Of a DNA stretch of 64,000 nucleotides, positions 1 through 12,019 are shown piece after piece. Each line of letters starts with the position of its first letter. Within the stretch, counting starts at the first letter, position 1. Location of the stretch: NCBI RefSeq assembly GCF_009834535.1, contig NC_045697.1, positions 50,408,001 to 50,472,000 of the forward strand, read 5' to 3'. The translations under genes and the position numbers were made by a program. The DNA is from Camelus ferus (Eukaryota). The notes beneath the pieces were generated by a model. The model worked only from the letters and a program-made list of their open reading frames with translations. It had not been told where the DNA came from and did no database searches.

Positions 1-170
1 ACATACTTTATAATTTTTTCTTCCCAGCTAACCCCATAACAACCTCATGAAGTAGGTACTTTACTATTTTATAACTTCCCCATTTTCTAGCTGCAGACAA
101 AGTGGTATATCTTGTCCATGGTCACGAAGCTAGTAATGACAATTCAAACCTGTTCAGCCAGACTATGGGG
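1..170 (-). mobile_element. MIR SINE fragment
   Basis: Degenerate MIR core (cataacaacctcatgaagtaggtact...cccatttt...gtcacgaagctagtaatgac). Confidence 0.6.
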
Positions 171-2570
171 TTAGGGTTTCATTCATTTCCCTACTGTTTA
201 TTGAGTGTCCACTGGGTGCATGGGATCTGCTCACAACCATCTTCAGTGGTAACCATCAATTCTTCTGTTTTCAAATTAGGGAGTCTCCTGGACTAAGCTA
301 GGTCACTTACCCAGAAAAGGGCCAAATTTGAGATGATAAACTTAGATCTGTCTGATAATAAAACTATTATTTGCGGTGACTTCTTGGGAGAAATGATCTC
401 TTTCAGAACCTAGTTCATACTCTTCCACTGTTATCCCAAGGCAAATAGTGAGAAAAATTGGAGAAAACAAGACTAGAAAGTCAATAAACCTACAAAAGTC
501 ATTGAATCTGAAGTGGTTTCTTTGGACAAGTTAGATTCAAGTTGTCAGATTTTTCTCTTAACTCACCCCTCCTTCCTAACTGATTTCTCTCCTCCCCCCC
601 CCACTTCTCCCTCCCCACTCCAACCTCCTTCCGCTCTCTACAACTCCTACGTTTGTGTTAGTTGCTAGTCCCATAATTGTGGTCAAATCCTCTTGCCTTG
701 GACCCATTTTTGTGTTAACTCTCGAGCCTTGAACTAGCTGTGAGAGGACTTGGGTGTGCCCCAATGCCACAGGCACTCTCTGCTCTTAAATAGGAAGCTT
801 ACCCAGGGACTGCAGTTCTGCCCTGAAGAGCTTTTGTTGTGTTTGGAAAGGTAATCTAACTCATCAGCTGGGCCCTCCCAGAACAAGTTCAAACAGCACC
901 TTTCCTTAAATGTCTTGCTAGATCTCTGGGCTTTTTCCTCTCACCTATCTCCTACAGCTGTTCCTCCAGCAGAGGTGTGTTGATTTTCTCTAAGATTCCC
1001 AAAGTGATCACAACTGGATGAGCTCACAAAAGTTCTCTTGGGCAGCATTCCCCAGAAAAGGTGACTTATTTTTTTCTAACCAAGAAGAAGACAGTTTCAA
1101 TAAGGATGGTTTTAATTTATTTTTAAAATTCCCTGGTACAAGTATTCTCTACTTTTTCTTTAAAGGAAATACAGAATGAGTTTGAAGGAGACAAAATTAA
1201 ACAGGGACCTATATAGGAAGAGTTTTGCTCCCAGAAAGTGAAGATACAGCTCAAGATTCATAATTATGCCTCTTCTTTCAAATAATTTTGATGGTATTTA
1301 TTAATTTTATTCATTTTCTTCCCAAGTGAAGACAATATACTGGTTAATCACAATACGTTTCTGACCAGAGTTAGAAAGTTGTCTCTTTGGCAGTCTAATA
1401 ATGTATGTATCTTTGACTTAGTTATATTAAGTTATTGGCACTTTGATCTTTCTATTTTCCATTCATTGTATGAGAGAATGATAAAAATGTAAAAGGGCAT
1501 TAGTAATTTTTAATTTTTTTTAAGTTGCAGAAGAGTTTATTCAAATGAGGACCTCCTTACAAGACCATTCACACACAAATGGAAGCAGAGATTCCTGATC
1601 AAAATGGAAGCAGAGGACATAGAATCTTAAGGAATTGCCCCCAGAAGGTAATACTGAGGCACAACCCACTTTTATATTTGAGTATTACTACAACAAAATG
1701 CTTAAATAATGGCACAAATAAAAGTTGTCATACTAACAACAAGGAAATAAACTCCAAACTGAATTCTTGGTTGACAGGAAGTTTGGCACACCATGACTTG
1801 AAACGTGTAAATTGATCCATAAATGCTCTAATAAGATTTCTTAAAGCTTAGTTTAAGGATGTAAGTTTATAATGCATGAAAGCAGACATTGAAAATTAAT
1901 GCATGGAAGTTCAGGACTGCCTTTATAAAATGGAAAATTAAGCTTTCTGTTGCTTTTGTATAATTTTACTGTCTGTCAGGGCATCTGGCGTATAGCAGGT
2001 AATCAGTACATGTTTCTTAAAATTAGTTGAATAAGATTACTTTTATGCATTTTTTACAGTTTATGTATAATTTGTTCTTCACATATTATATTAGTGGAAC
2101 ATGATATGTATCTATTGTCACTTTATTAGAGGTGAGACTAGAAAACAAATAAATGAAGATTAATTTTCCCCAATCTTTTGTAGTGTATAGGATGAATGAC
2201 CACATTAGTGACATCTTGCATTGTGCTTCAACTTGTCGTCCTACTATGCTTCAAGGGAAGCCTGAAAGCTTGAAGTTACAGCAAAGAAAAAAAAAGGCAT
2301 GATGCTTCATGGTTTGGTAGAAATGTATATTATTTAGAGCAGAACTTTCTTACTCGTTTTGATGGAGGGGCCACATTGTATATTTAAATGATCCAATGAC
2401 CATGGCCATAAATGCCTGTCCATGTGTGGTTGTACGTTACTCTTCAGGCACCTGATAATCTAGAAAAATGCTAAAATTGTCAAGGTATCATCCACTCAAA
2501 TATGTAAGCAGATTTTGGCAGGAAAGAACTCTTTGAAGGAGGCTCCATTTGTCTGGTCACTTGCCTAACT

Positions 2571-2967
2571 TGTTGGGTTTTTTCCATAGATCAAAGAAGT
2601 AGAGATGGAGAATAAGCAATTAACAAGATCTCTCCCCAGCTTCCCTTCAATAATCTCATGAACAAACTGTGTAAACAGGATTGCATCTAAAGAAAAGATA
2701 ACTAGAAGTTGGCAAGCCTGCATGCAGAGGGGGAAGGTGATGTCTCTGACCCCCTGTCTCAATGATTAATTGAGATTACTTCCCCTTTTCCCTTTAAAAC
2801 TTTCATGCTGAGCAGAATCTTCAGAGATGGTTTCTGGGGGACACAGAGTCCACCATCTCCCCAAATTGTTGGCATTCTGATTAAAAGCAACTTTCCTTTC
2901 TATCAATGTTGCCTCTCTTGAATATCAATTTTTGAATAGCAAGCAGCCATACCTGAGTTCCATAACA
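2571..2967 (+). mobile_element. Solo LTR (ERV1-like)
   Basis: About 400 bp starting TGTT and ending AACA, with TATA-like ccctttaaaa and a downstream ATTAAA; no clean TSD. Confidence 0.6.
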
Positions 2968-3229
2968 AATGGACCATTAACTGTAAGACAGCTAAAGAGT
3001 TCATTTTAGTTTAAGATAAAGGCTTATTCTGAAGCAAAGTTTGACTAGAAGGAAGAGTCAATTTATAAATAATAAACAGACTTAAAAAAAAAGACACTTT
3101 TTTTTTTCCATTGGAAGTTGAGGAAAATAATGCTGTTTTTGATGTCCAGAAAGTTTTGACTAGATGCTAGACATTTTAATATTATATTGCTGAGTGTCTG
3201 TATTTCGTTGTCTTCATTAATTTCTTTTT

Positions 3230-3900
3230 TTTTTTCTTTTTGGTATAGAGCTACATTAGTTCAGATCAACTTGATGCTTTTTTAACTTGTTCTTAAGCTT
3301 TTTTGGGTCTGTTTAGAGTAACCTCTAGTCTAGTGATAAGACATGATTCTAGCAAAGACTCTACTGAATGTCTCACTTGTCAGCAAGGTCTTTCCACAAT
3401 GGATGGTATGAAGTTAAACATCTTCTACATCTGTCGAGGCCCTGGGAATTTTCCACTAACAGATATTCAGTAGTTAGTTGTTCCTTACATGGCCTTGTGA
3501 ATTTTACCCTAATTATGCAAAGCTTAATATTAATCAAAAGTTTGAGACCTCCATGCAGATTTCTGCACCTCTTTCTCTGCATATGTTTCATCTGTATGGC
3601 TCACCAGCCACACACATTTCAGCTGTCTCTGTCACCCTGTACACAAATTGGTTTTCTCAACGTAGTGAGACCTCCGTGCTCTGCTTAGATTTCCTCTCCT
3701 CTCTGTGTTCTAGGGCACAGAAAGTACCTCTAGGCATAAATTGAGGATAGTAGTAAAGCCCACCTAGTTTGCTCTTCTTTTCTTTTGCACTGTCTGTTGT
3801 CCGTGGTCTGAAAAGAGTTGTTTAATTTTTCATTTCTTGTTTTCTATTTGTTAACATCATGAAGAAAAGTCCAGCATTTGTTACTAAATCATGTCTGAAA
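3230..3900 (-). mobile_element. Ancient L1 (L1M-type 5' region) fragment
   Basis: Degenerate motifs (cacctagtttgctc...ctgttgtcc..ggtctgaaaa) resembling old L1M 5' ends; boundaries approximate. Confidence 0.4.
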
Positions 3901-5848
3901 GCAAAATTTTCACTATAAATCAGGAGCAAATAGAAAAATTTTGCCATAGAAAATTCTGTCATTCCAAAGCACCATAGCTATCATTTTCAAGTAACAATGT
4001 TATATGTTTATCTTTTCATGATTCTATTGCTTATGGAGAATTTATTCAATAAAATCTAATAGACACTTAGTCTTATAAAATAGAGATTATCAACTCCCAG
4101 AGACTCTGTGGGTTGTGAAAACTTGTGTTTAATTATGACCTATTTTATTGGCTTTCACCTTACCAATGACCCTATACCCAGATAAATATTTTTATAACAA
4201 TAACAATAAGAATGACAACATATTGCTCAGCTTAAATGCCCACTTTATTCATTAGATTTTTTTTTCAATGTTTTGGATTGCTTCCAAGAACGTAATCCAT
4301 GCTAGAAAATGAAGATTTGCCATCACTGAGGACTTTTAAAGGAATGTGATGCAGTCCCTAAGGGCAATTTCAGTGGGAAGTTTGAGTATTAATGGGCTAA
4401 GAATAGAGCTTCCCAGCAGGCCAACATGGACTATAGTAGTTAAGTTCTGATGTATTTCCAAGGGAAAAAATCAGTCTCCAGTGTCCTTGAGCTGCTATTG
4501 TTATGCTTTCATCCTTTTTTATGATAGCATAGGCCAATAATCCCTTTTGAAACCAAATGTGCTATGAAACTTAGAATTTTTCTGGTTTGAGAAAGGTAGT
4601 ACCTTACATATCCTATAGATTTTATAATATCTCAGTTGGACTGGGCCACATGAGATATTATACTCCTTGATATGTTTACCATGAAATGAGTAAATGTTCT
4701 CATTTACTGAAATAAATAAAAGCAACAAAAAGTCGTTTTTGGAGAGTTTTAGACTTGGCATTTACAGATAAGGGATTAAGGATTGGTGTTTTAAAGGTCC
4801 TCAAGAAGCCTCTAGGAAATAGAATATTAATGTCATCATAATATGCTCATATACATTATTCATTAGATTAAAATATGTGTTAGAGAAGTAATCATTTATA
4901 TTTTGTTTGGAAACAACAGATAAACATTCATAGAAAATATTTTTTTCTTAATTTATGAGTTAAAGTGGCTTACTAGTGAAATAACAAATAAATAATATTG
5001 AAAGAAATATAAGGGGAAGTAATACATTACCACTAATAATCATACTGTTCAGGGTTTATGATGTTTAATCTTTTAATAATACTATTTTTTGTAAACAGTT
5101 TTCAGATATTACATAATTTTTGTCAGAATTCTGTATGGTATATAGGGTGGGTGTTGTTATTAATCGCAATTTGTAAGTGAGAAAATTGAGTTTTAGAAAA
5201 GCCACCTGCTTTGTCAAACGCCATTCAGGCCTCATACCTGGGGCTTCAAATGGCAAATCGAGTGCACATTTCACTATATTTCACTGTCAACCCAACTGCA
5301 GCAAAATTTCATTGTAACATATTTCACATTGTAGAGAAGTCATTTGTTCCCTCTACATGAGTTAAAGAGCCCTCATTTATTCGTATACTCATACATTAAA
5401 AATAAAATGTATTGGGTATGTACTATGGATTCTGGGCACCCTTCTGAATCCTATAGGAAAGAGTCACCCCCCAGCTTCATAAAATAAAAAATTCTAACTT
5501 ACATAGCTTTTAGGAATTGCCTTTTGGAAAGGAGTGGAGGACTTGATTAACTATGAAAATTTTAGCTACATTTTCTAAAATTTTATGAGTCCTTTGTGAG
5601 TAATAACCAATCGTGGCTTGTGCCCAAGGAACCATTTCAGTACTAGAAAAGAAGTCATGGACAGCTGTTCTAAGGGCCTTGTTAAGGGCCTTGTTTTCAG
5701 CTGAGGCCAAGGTTGAGCGTTGAGATACCTGCCTAAGGTCCTACAGCTCTTAAAAAGCCGAAGAGTCTGTTTACCAGGACCAAGTCCCCTGGCTCAGGGT
5801 ACCACGGTCTTTCCAGCATTCCTGTCAGCAAAGTTCATAGTATTTTTT

Positions 5849-7994
5849 ATTGAATATAGTTTCCTGTGCTATACAGTAGGTCCTTATTGTTTATCTATTT
5901 TATGTATAGTAGTGTGCATATGTTAATCTCAAACTCCTAATTTATCTCTCCCCTCACCCTGCTATCCCCTTTGATAACCATGGTTTGTTTTCTATGTCTG
6001 TGAGTCTATTTCTGTTTTGTAAATAGGCTCATTTATATCATTATTTTAGTTTCCACATTTAAGTGATATCATATGATATTTATCTTTCTCTGACTTACTT
6101 CACTTAATACCATAATCTCTAGGTCCATCCTTGTTGCTTCAAATGGCATTATTTCATTTTTTATGGCTGAGTAGTAGTCCACTGTACTGGATTAAAGACT
6201 TAAATGTAAACCTAAATGTTCATATTCCATATATAAACCACATCTTATTTATCCATTAATCTGATGATGGACATTTAGTTTGTTTCCATGTGCTGGCTAC
6301 TGTAAATAGGTGTTATGAACATTGAGGTGCATGTGTCTTTTCAAATTAGTTTTCTTTGGATATATGCCTAGGAGTGGGAATGCAAAATTGTATGGTAACT
6401 CTATTTTTAGTTCTTTAAGGAACCTCCATACTGTCCTCCATAGTGGCTGCACCAATTTACATTCCCACCAACAGTATAGGAGGGTTCCTTTTTCTCCACA
6501 TTCTCTTCAGCACTTATTTTAGACTTTTTAATGATAGCCTTCTGATTGGTGTAAGGTGATACCTCATTGTGGTTTTGATTTTCACTTCTCTAATAAATAA
6601 CCATATTGAGCATTTTTTCCCCTGTGCCTGATGGCCATCTGTATATGTTCTTTGGAGAAATGTCTATTTAAGTCTTTGCCCATTTATTGACTGGTTGTTT
6701 GTTTGTTTGTTTGATACTGAGTTGTGTGAGTTATTTGTATATTTTGGAAATTATTGGTAGGACTGTTTGTAAATATTTTCTCCCATTCCATGGGATATCT
6801 TTTCATTTTGCCTATAATTTTCATTTTTGTGCAAAAGCTTTGAAGTTTTATTAGGTCCCATTTGTTTATTTTTGTTTTGATTTTCATCACTCTAGGAGAC
6901 GGAGCCAAAAAAATATTGCTGTGATTTATGTCAAAGAGTGTTCTGCCTATGTTTTCCTCGAGGAGTTTTATAGTATCCAGTCTTACATTTAGGTCTTTAA
7001 TCCATTTTGAGTTTATTTTTGTGTATGGTGTTAGAGAATGTTCCAATTTCAGTCTTTTACATGTAGCTGTCCAGTTTTTCCAGCACTACTTATTGAAGAA
7101 ACTCCATTGTATATTGCCTCCTTTGTCATAGAGTAATAGATCATAAGTGTGTGGGTTTATTTTTGTGCTTTCTATCCTGTTCCATTGATCTATGTGTCTG
7201 TTTTTGTGCCAGTGCCATGCTGCTTTGATAACTGTAGCTTTGTGGTATAGTCTGAAGTCAGGGAGTGTCATTCCTCCAGCTCCATTCTTCTTTCTCATGA
7301 TTGTTTTGGCTATTTGGGGTCTTTTGTGTTTCCATACAAATCTTTTAAAAAAAATTTGTTCTATTTCTGTGAAAAACATCTTCAGTAATTTGACAGAGAT
7401 TGCATTGAAACTGTATATTGCTTTGGGTAGTATGGTCATTTTAACAATATTGGTTCTTTCAATCCAAGAACACAATATATCTTTCCATCTGCTTGTGTCA
7501 TCTTCAATTTCTTTCATCAACATCTTACAGCTTCAGAGTATAGATCTTTTGCCTTTTTAGGTAGGTTTATTCCTGGGTATTTTATTCCTTCTGATGCTAT
7601 CATAAGAGGGATTGTTTCCTTAATCTCTCTTTCTGATACTTCATTGTTAGTGTATAGAAATGCAAGAGATTTCTGTAAATTAATTTTGTATCCAGCAACT
7701 TTATTGAATTTATTGATGAGCTCCAGTAGTTTTCTGGTAGCACCGTTAGGATTTTCTATATATAACATCATATTATCTGCAAACAGTGAGTTTTACTTCT
7801 TGTTTTCCAATTTGGATTCCTTTTATTTCCTTTTCTTCTCTGGTTGCTGTGATTAAGACTTCCAAAACTCTGCTGAACAAATGTTGCAAGAGTGGGCATC
7901 CTTGTCTTGTTCTTGATCTTGGAGGAAATGCTTTCAGCTTTTCACCATTGAGTATGATGGTAGCTGTGGGTTTGTCATATATGGCCTTTATTAT
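5849..7994 (-). mobile_element. 5'-truncated LINE-1: frameshifted ORF2 (RT and C-terminal part) plus 3'UTR
   Basis: ORF fragments 7773..8000 ([27 protein letters not shown]), 7517..7771, 7086..7523 and 6684..7046 are L1 ORF2 peptides in shifting frames; 16-bp TSD gttcatagtatttttt (5833-5848) and gttcataatatttttt (7995-8010). Confidence 0.96.
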
Positions 7995-10308
7995 GTTCAT
8001 AATATTTTTTAGGATAGATTAGCTTCTCTCAGTGGAGGGGCCTGAATCTTTATAAATGAAGGAGAATGGCATGCAAAAAAGACAAAGACAAAATCACACA
8101 GCAGGTCCAGTCCTGATCAGTAGTGGACACAGGCTCCTTAAAGGCCCTTCTCAGTACACTGGCTGTTTCAGTGAGCACATGTGCTACTTGAACACGTTAG
8201 CGCTATGCCTTTGGTGGTCCAGCACAGTCAGCTGCTTGGACTCCGTGAAATCCTCTGGGGGCTTGAGCGACAGAATCAGCTGACTGGGATTGAATTAGGT
8301 ATTACTTTTTTCCCTTGTCCATGATTTGTCTCCAATCAAATCCTGGCCAATTATCTGCTCCCTTTTAAATGAAGGCTATTTAGTGAGACACATCTCCAGC
8401 CTTTGTCTGTAGCACTGAGGCTATTGGTTCTAAAAGCCTCTCGGGAATGAGTCATGTGCCTGAAATGGCCCTTGGGGAAACCCTGGAGGCAGGCCGCCAA
8501 ATCACTCACAGATGGCCTTTGACTAAGAGAAATACCTGAAAATTAATTCATCACTGATTTCAGGCCATTCTTGGAATCTCAGACTGTTTTGAATTAATTA
8601 CTTGTTTTAATTAATTAATGATTGATTGATTAAATGATTAATGTCTAAGCAGTGGGGGTATTAAAGGGTCTACACTCACATGGGTGGTATAGTAGAGTCC
8701 TTAGGAGCCAGTGTCCTGAAATAAGGCCCTCACTGATGTGTGCTCTCCCTTTATGGGTAAGGATCACAGAGGTATACAGTGCCTTACTCTGCAGCACACA
8801 TTAAGATTTCTGAAATAAAATATCCCCACTAATTGTTGTGTGTATGAATGTTCATGCTATGTTCCTGTGAATGTACGATGCTAAACTCATGTAATGTAGA
8901 ATACCTTTTATGAAGCACCAAATCTGTATAAGCAATAAGATTATTCTTAAGTTCACTCTGGCTTTGCTTCCAGTTATTTTCTGAACAGTGAAGTATGACT
9001 TTCACCAAATTTTCAGCCTTCAAAATGAGAATCCTGCAATAAAAATATAAAAAAAGAGAGTTCAGGAATTTTCCCTACCTAGAAAGGATATGCACCAAAT
9101 GAATAGAGAAGGAGAAGTGAAGGTGTAGAAAGAATTCACTAATTTATACAGACTCTCAAAAGGCCTTTGTTTTAGGCCTAAAAAGGGTTCAAGTCAGCCC
9201 TCCTGATCTTTGGTTGTTTGCCCAACCCTGTTATTTTTCTCAGCAAGGTACTTTGTATATTTTCGATAGTGTAAGGAAGAGCTTCCTTGTGGCTCCCAAG
9301 TCCAGCACCGTTCTTGTCCTGACCATCTTTCTGTATTCATTTCCTCCTCTGCTTTATCCCTTTTTTGATACTCTAAACTGCTAAACTCATTTATTTTTTT
9401 CCCTAGTCTTGGAAATTTCCTCCAATCTTCTCCCTATACATGGAGAAACTTGCTTCTTGTGGTTCCACCAAGCATTCTGATGTTTGCCAGAAGGGTTAGG
9501 GCTAGGGTTAAAGAGTTTTTAGTTGCTTACAAACCCCTAGAATTAGAGCTGAGTTTTTGAGAATACCAAACAACTATTGAGTGCATTAGAGAGTTAGAAG
9601 AATAATCAAGGGACATAGGACATTTCAAAACATTTAAATCCAGAATTTCTTAATCCTGACCCATGGACTCTTGTGTGGTTAAAGAATGGACTTCAAGGAG
9701 TACATTGCCCCCTATAATTGGAAACAATAAATAAGTATGAAGGGTGGGGAAACTTTCATTTATTTTCACAAGATTTTGTGATGCCAAACAGTCCCACGGT
9801 TAGCCCTATAATAAAAAAAAAATCAGCAAGCCAGAATGGCTAGAGATTAGGAGTTTCAATCATTCTCTCCTCCTCCCTGCAAGCCCTAAACAGCTGAAAA
9901 TAGAAAAAGGTAGCCAAACTGTGCTCAGAGAATTAACGGTAAACGATGGTAAACCTGGACTCAACAATGGCAGCAGGATCTGAGCCTCACACAGGGCTTC
10001 CACTTCCTCTTTACTGAGCTGAAGGCAGGACTAACAATGTGGACTCACCTGACCTACCCACCTACTTACAGGCAGAGAAACTGAAGTCAGCCTGCTTGCT
10101 CACAGTTATCCAAGGAGAAGGAAGAGACTAGAGGCAGGCAGGTCCAGGATCTTTGTCTTTGCAAGCCGATGACCATCCTTCTGATAACCAAGGGTCAATG
10201 GATTTTTACCTATTTCTAATTCACCAAGTAAATAAGTCATCTTATTTGCAGGAGAATCAAAAAGGGGAAAGGAGAAAGTGGAAATATTCTGATATTAAGG
10301 GGAAGTCA

Positions 10309-10401
10309 GCAGTGGGTAAATCTCAGTGGTAGAGCGTGTGCTTAGCATGCATGAGGTTCTGGGTTCAATCCCCAGTATCTCCATCAAAAAAAAAAAAAAA
10401 A
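10309..10401 (+). mobile_element. tRNA-derived SINE (camelid-type), short form with poly(A)
   Basis: A-box-like ctcagtggtagagc, B-box ggttcaatcc, A-tail, flanking ggaagtca duplication. Confidence 0.88.
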
Positions 10402-10599
10402 GAAGGAAGTCACCTTGCATCTGTGGAAATGCGATGTGGGACTAGGGTTCCTGGCTAACAGGAAATGTGATGTATGTCACTCACAATCTACTTGTTGTTG
10501 AGCTCTGTGGAATTGCTTCTAAGCATAACTTTTGCACTTACCATAGGTGAAGACTGCTAATGTCTGTCCTCTACCCCTTCCAATATCATACCTAAGATA

Positions 10600-10830
10600 G
10601 CACAGCATGGTAGTTATGAGAGCAAGAGAGCCTGACACCTGCATTTCATTTCCATATCTATCATTTGTGTGGCTTTGAACAAGTTACTAAAACTCTATGC
10701 TTTAGTATCTCCATGTGTCATATGGGCAGTTAATACCTAATTGGATTGTTGTAAGGAATAAATAAATTTATACATGCAAAGTGCTTCAACCTCATTTGAC
10801 ACATTTTAAGCCCTAAATAAAGTTAGTTCT
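10600..10830 (+). mobile_element. MIR SINE
   Basis: tgtgtggctttgaacaagttactaaaactctatgctttagtatctcc...ggattgttgtaagga core. Confidence 0.65.
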
Positions 10831-12019
10831 TATATGCTGGGGCTTTGGAGTTTGCCCAGTAAGAGTCCTTTGAACATTGTTCTCCTCTCCATACAATTTT
10901 ATAGCATATGTCATACATTTTATTCAGAAAGTCTTTCCTATACTGTGTCCCTCCATCCCACTTTCAAAATTATCCTTGCCATGCTCAAGGTATGGGATAC
11001 TCTACACCATTAAAAGTAATATTATAGAATAATATTTAATGATATGGGAGAGATATTTATAATATATTTTAAGTGAAATTTTTAAAGCAGTATGAAAAGT
11101 ATGATAATTTTTTTCTTAAATAACAGATATATGCTGATGAAGTATTTAGAGGAATGCTGCTTAACCCTGGAAACCACCGTAATGGTCAGTTGGCCCAAAC
11201 TCTCCATACTATACAGATTTCACTTGACTGCTTATTCCCTCCTGCCAGGATTCAGACATATTCTTGGCTTACATGTTTTCATTAACAGAGAATTCAGAAA
11301 TGGAGTTGCAGCAAAGTCTACTGTTAGGTTGTTCTCAGGTATTTCTTACTTACATTGAACAAAATCAACCCTTAAGAACTGAAACAACAGAAACACTTTA
11401 TTTTCTCTGGTGTAACAGAGTAATTCTACTTTTGAATAGATAAGGTTAAAGATTTAACTAGAGCCTTTATTTCCCCCAATTCTCTCTCCTGCAAGCTAAG
11501 TCCTTCATGTTCTTCCAAGTTTCTTATCTCTCTCTGTTGCCAGTGCCACTACTATCCTGTTTCAATTTACTTTTATCCCTTGCCTGACCCACTGAAAGAC
11601 TTGAGTCACCTCAGCAATCAATCTGCCCCCTCCCCGTCCTTCTCCTCTAGTTCATTCTCCACGTAGCAACACAGTACGTTAATCAGATTGTGAGACTTTC
11701 CACTTTTAAGTCAAACTCCCCACTGCACTCACACAAGGGTCTAAACACCAGTGGCCTGTGGAAGATTTGGCCTAGTTTCCCTCCCTCCCTCTCTCCTCAT
11801 CACAGCACCTCAAGGGGCCTCATACTTTCCTCCAGCCTTATCTTACCTCTCTTCTCAGACTGGTCCTTTCTCGACCTTCAAGTACCAACTAAGTGACATC
11901 TCCTCAGTGAGGCCTTCTATCTGGTCTACAGCAACCCTCCCTCAACCCCATAATTTAATCATAATTTAAATCTCATATTTATTACCTTCACCTATCATCG
12001 TTTTATGCATATTTTTTTT

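Noticed and set aside
5670..5694. Short direct duplications (taagggccttgt x2; also 46790-46810 and 62267-62302) as CRISPR-like or functional arrays
   Set aside because: Two-copy slippage duplications with no spacer periodicity, in a eukaryotic context
6684..8000. Reverse-transcriptase-like ORFs as a novel or active RT system
   Set aside because: They are frameshifted pieces of a 5'-truncated LINE-1 ORF2 bounded by TSDs; no ORF1, endonuclease domain or intact frame
9493..9510. Telomere-like GGGTTAGGGCTAGGGTTA
   Set aside because: Only three imperfect units; too short for an interstitial telomere or a G-quadruplex
10309..10385. tRNA gene calls (also at 21296-21385 and 35341-35418)
   Set aside because: A-rich tails, TSDs and stem mismatches identify them as tRNA-derived SINEs
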